Shown piece after piece: positions 63,129 through 64,000 of a DNA stretch of 64,000 bases. This DNA is from a virus (taxonomy: Duplodnaviria > Caudoviricetes): the IMG/VR virus record IMGVR_UViG_3300050491_000011; one strand, written 5' to 3'. Within the stretch, counting starts at the first letter, position 1; every line of letters starts with the position of its first letter. The notes under the pieces are model-generated. The model had not been told where the DNA came from, searched no databases, and saw only the letters and a program-made list of their open reading frames with translations. A program made the translations under genes and the position numbers.

Positions 63129-64000
63129 TTGAAGATCGACGTCTATAGCCATTCGTTCATGGTCAGTGATTTGAACGAGCGACAGAAGAAAGCCGTCGAA
63201 CAGTTCTGCAAAACACTCATCCAGCATGAGATGGTTATTGAAGACGGCCGTAAGGAAATGGTGGCTGCACGGGTGTTCGCATCCTCTACAGCTGCCAGAC
63301 AGTACTACCGTTTCCACATCAACATGAAGGTAGAATTCTTCCAGACCCTGAACTACAACTTCATTAAGTCTGATGAATTCACAATCGTTAAGCACGATAA
63401 CACTCCAACGGATCGCTTCAAGGTTGAACATGAAGTAATCCACTTGTGGCCACCCCGTCATCCTCAACCGGCTATCATTAACCACGTTGTGAATGAGGAG
63501 GGTAGTAACAAGGTCGTAACCCTCCAGACTGGTAAGGGTAAGACGGAGCTGACGAAGCACTGCATGCACCAACTGGGGCTACGCACTGCTATCTTCATGA
63601 AGGGTGGTTATCTAGACCGTTGGGTGCCTGACCTTGAGTCATCATTCAAACTGAAGCGCGGTCAACTCCTTGTTGTCCGAGGAAGTCCAGCGCTGAAGGG
63701 TCTGATGGAAATGGTGCTGGAGAAGCGTGACATCGGTAAGGTCATCCTTATCTCCACAAACACCTACGTCAACTACATCAAGGAATTCGAAGCGGAAGGG
63801 TACGATTCAGGTTTCCCTATCGCTCCTATCGACTTCTTTGAGATGTGCGGTATCGGTTTCGGTGTACTCGATGAGGGTCACCAATATCCACACGCCATCA
63901 TGAAATTCTTCGCGTACATGAACATCCACAAGTTCCTGACCTTGTCTGCAACACTCGACACCAAAGACAAGTTCATGAACAAAATGTACGAGATCATGTA
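63129..64000 (+). CDS. SF2 DExH helicase (phiKZ gp75-like), 3'-truncated by the window end and missing from the ORF track
   Basis: TTG start after GGGGAG. Motif I LQTGKGKT (63522-63545), motif II DEGH (63870-63881), motif III SAT; open frame to the window end. Confidence 0.9.
   Translation, partial: MKIDVYSHSFMVSDLNERQKKAVEQFCKTLIQHEMVIEDGRKEMVAARVFASSTAARQYYRFHINMKVEFFQTLNYNFIKSDEFTIVKHDNTPTDRFKVEHEVIHLWPPRHPQPAIINHVVNEEGSNKVVTLQTGKGKTELTKHCMHQLGLRTAIFMKGGYLDRWVPDLESSFKLKRGQLLVVRGSPALKGLMEMVLEKRDIGKVILISTNTYVNYIKEFEAEGYDSGFPIAPIDFFEMCGIGFGVLDEGHQYPHAIMKFFAYMNIHKFLTLSATLDTKDKFMNKMYEIM

Noticed and set aside
1-64000. CRISPR array, rRNA or tRNA genes
   Set aside because: No regularly spaced repeats or RNA-gene signatures were seen by eye; intergenic gaps are short and explained by hairpins and promoter motifs. 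A tRNAscan/Infernal run would be the decisive check.

Overview
The window is a 64 kb segment of a nucleus-forming jumbo phage genome (phiKZ-like, Chimalliviridae); it is not bacterial chromosome. From left to right it carries: (1) virion RNA polymerase beta' and beta subunits, head proteins and the prohead protease (1-12 kb); (2) a small accessory cassette (12-14.6 kb); (3) tail tube, tail sheath, three virion genes and the terminase large subunit (14.7-26.6 kb); (4) an accessory region with zinc-finger micro-proteins and an unusual protein that carries an RNAP-active-site-like NADFDGN motif (26.7-32 kb); (5) the tubulin PhuZ, a dense array of about 10 small acidic proteins and the family-B DNA polymerase (33-41 kb); (6) the phage-nucleus core block, with chimallin ChmA, non-virion RNAP subunits, an SbcD nuclease, a ChmC-like protein, a PicA/Imp1-like import factor and an SF2 helicase that runs off the right end (43-64 kb). 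Motif-level calls (RNAPs, protease, terminase, tubulin, polymerase, SbcD, helicase) are read directly from the translations. phiKZ gp-number equivalences rest on recalled synteny and protein character, not on database searches. Non-coding signals read from the sequence include a recurrent GC hairpin flanked by GCATA.../...TATGC, an ATACATTAC motif upstream of nucleus genes and a TTATAG-N4-ACATTGTA motif. No tRNA, rRNA, CRISPR array, intron or transposase was recognised. The host cannot be determined from the window.
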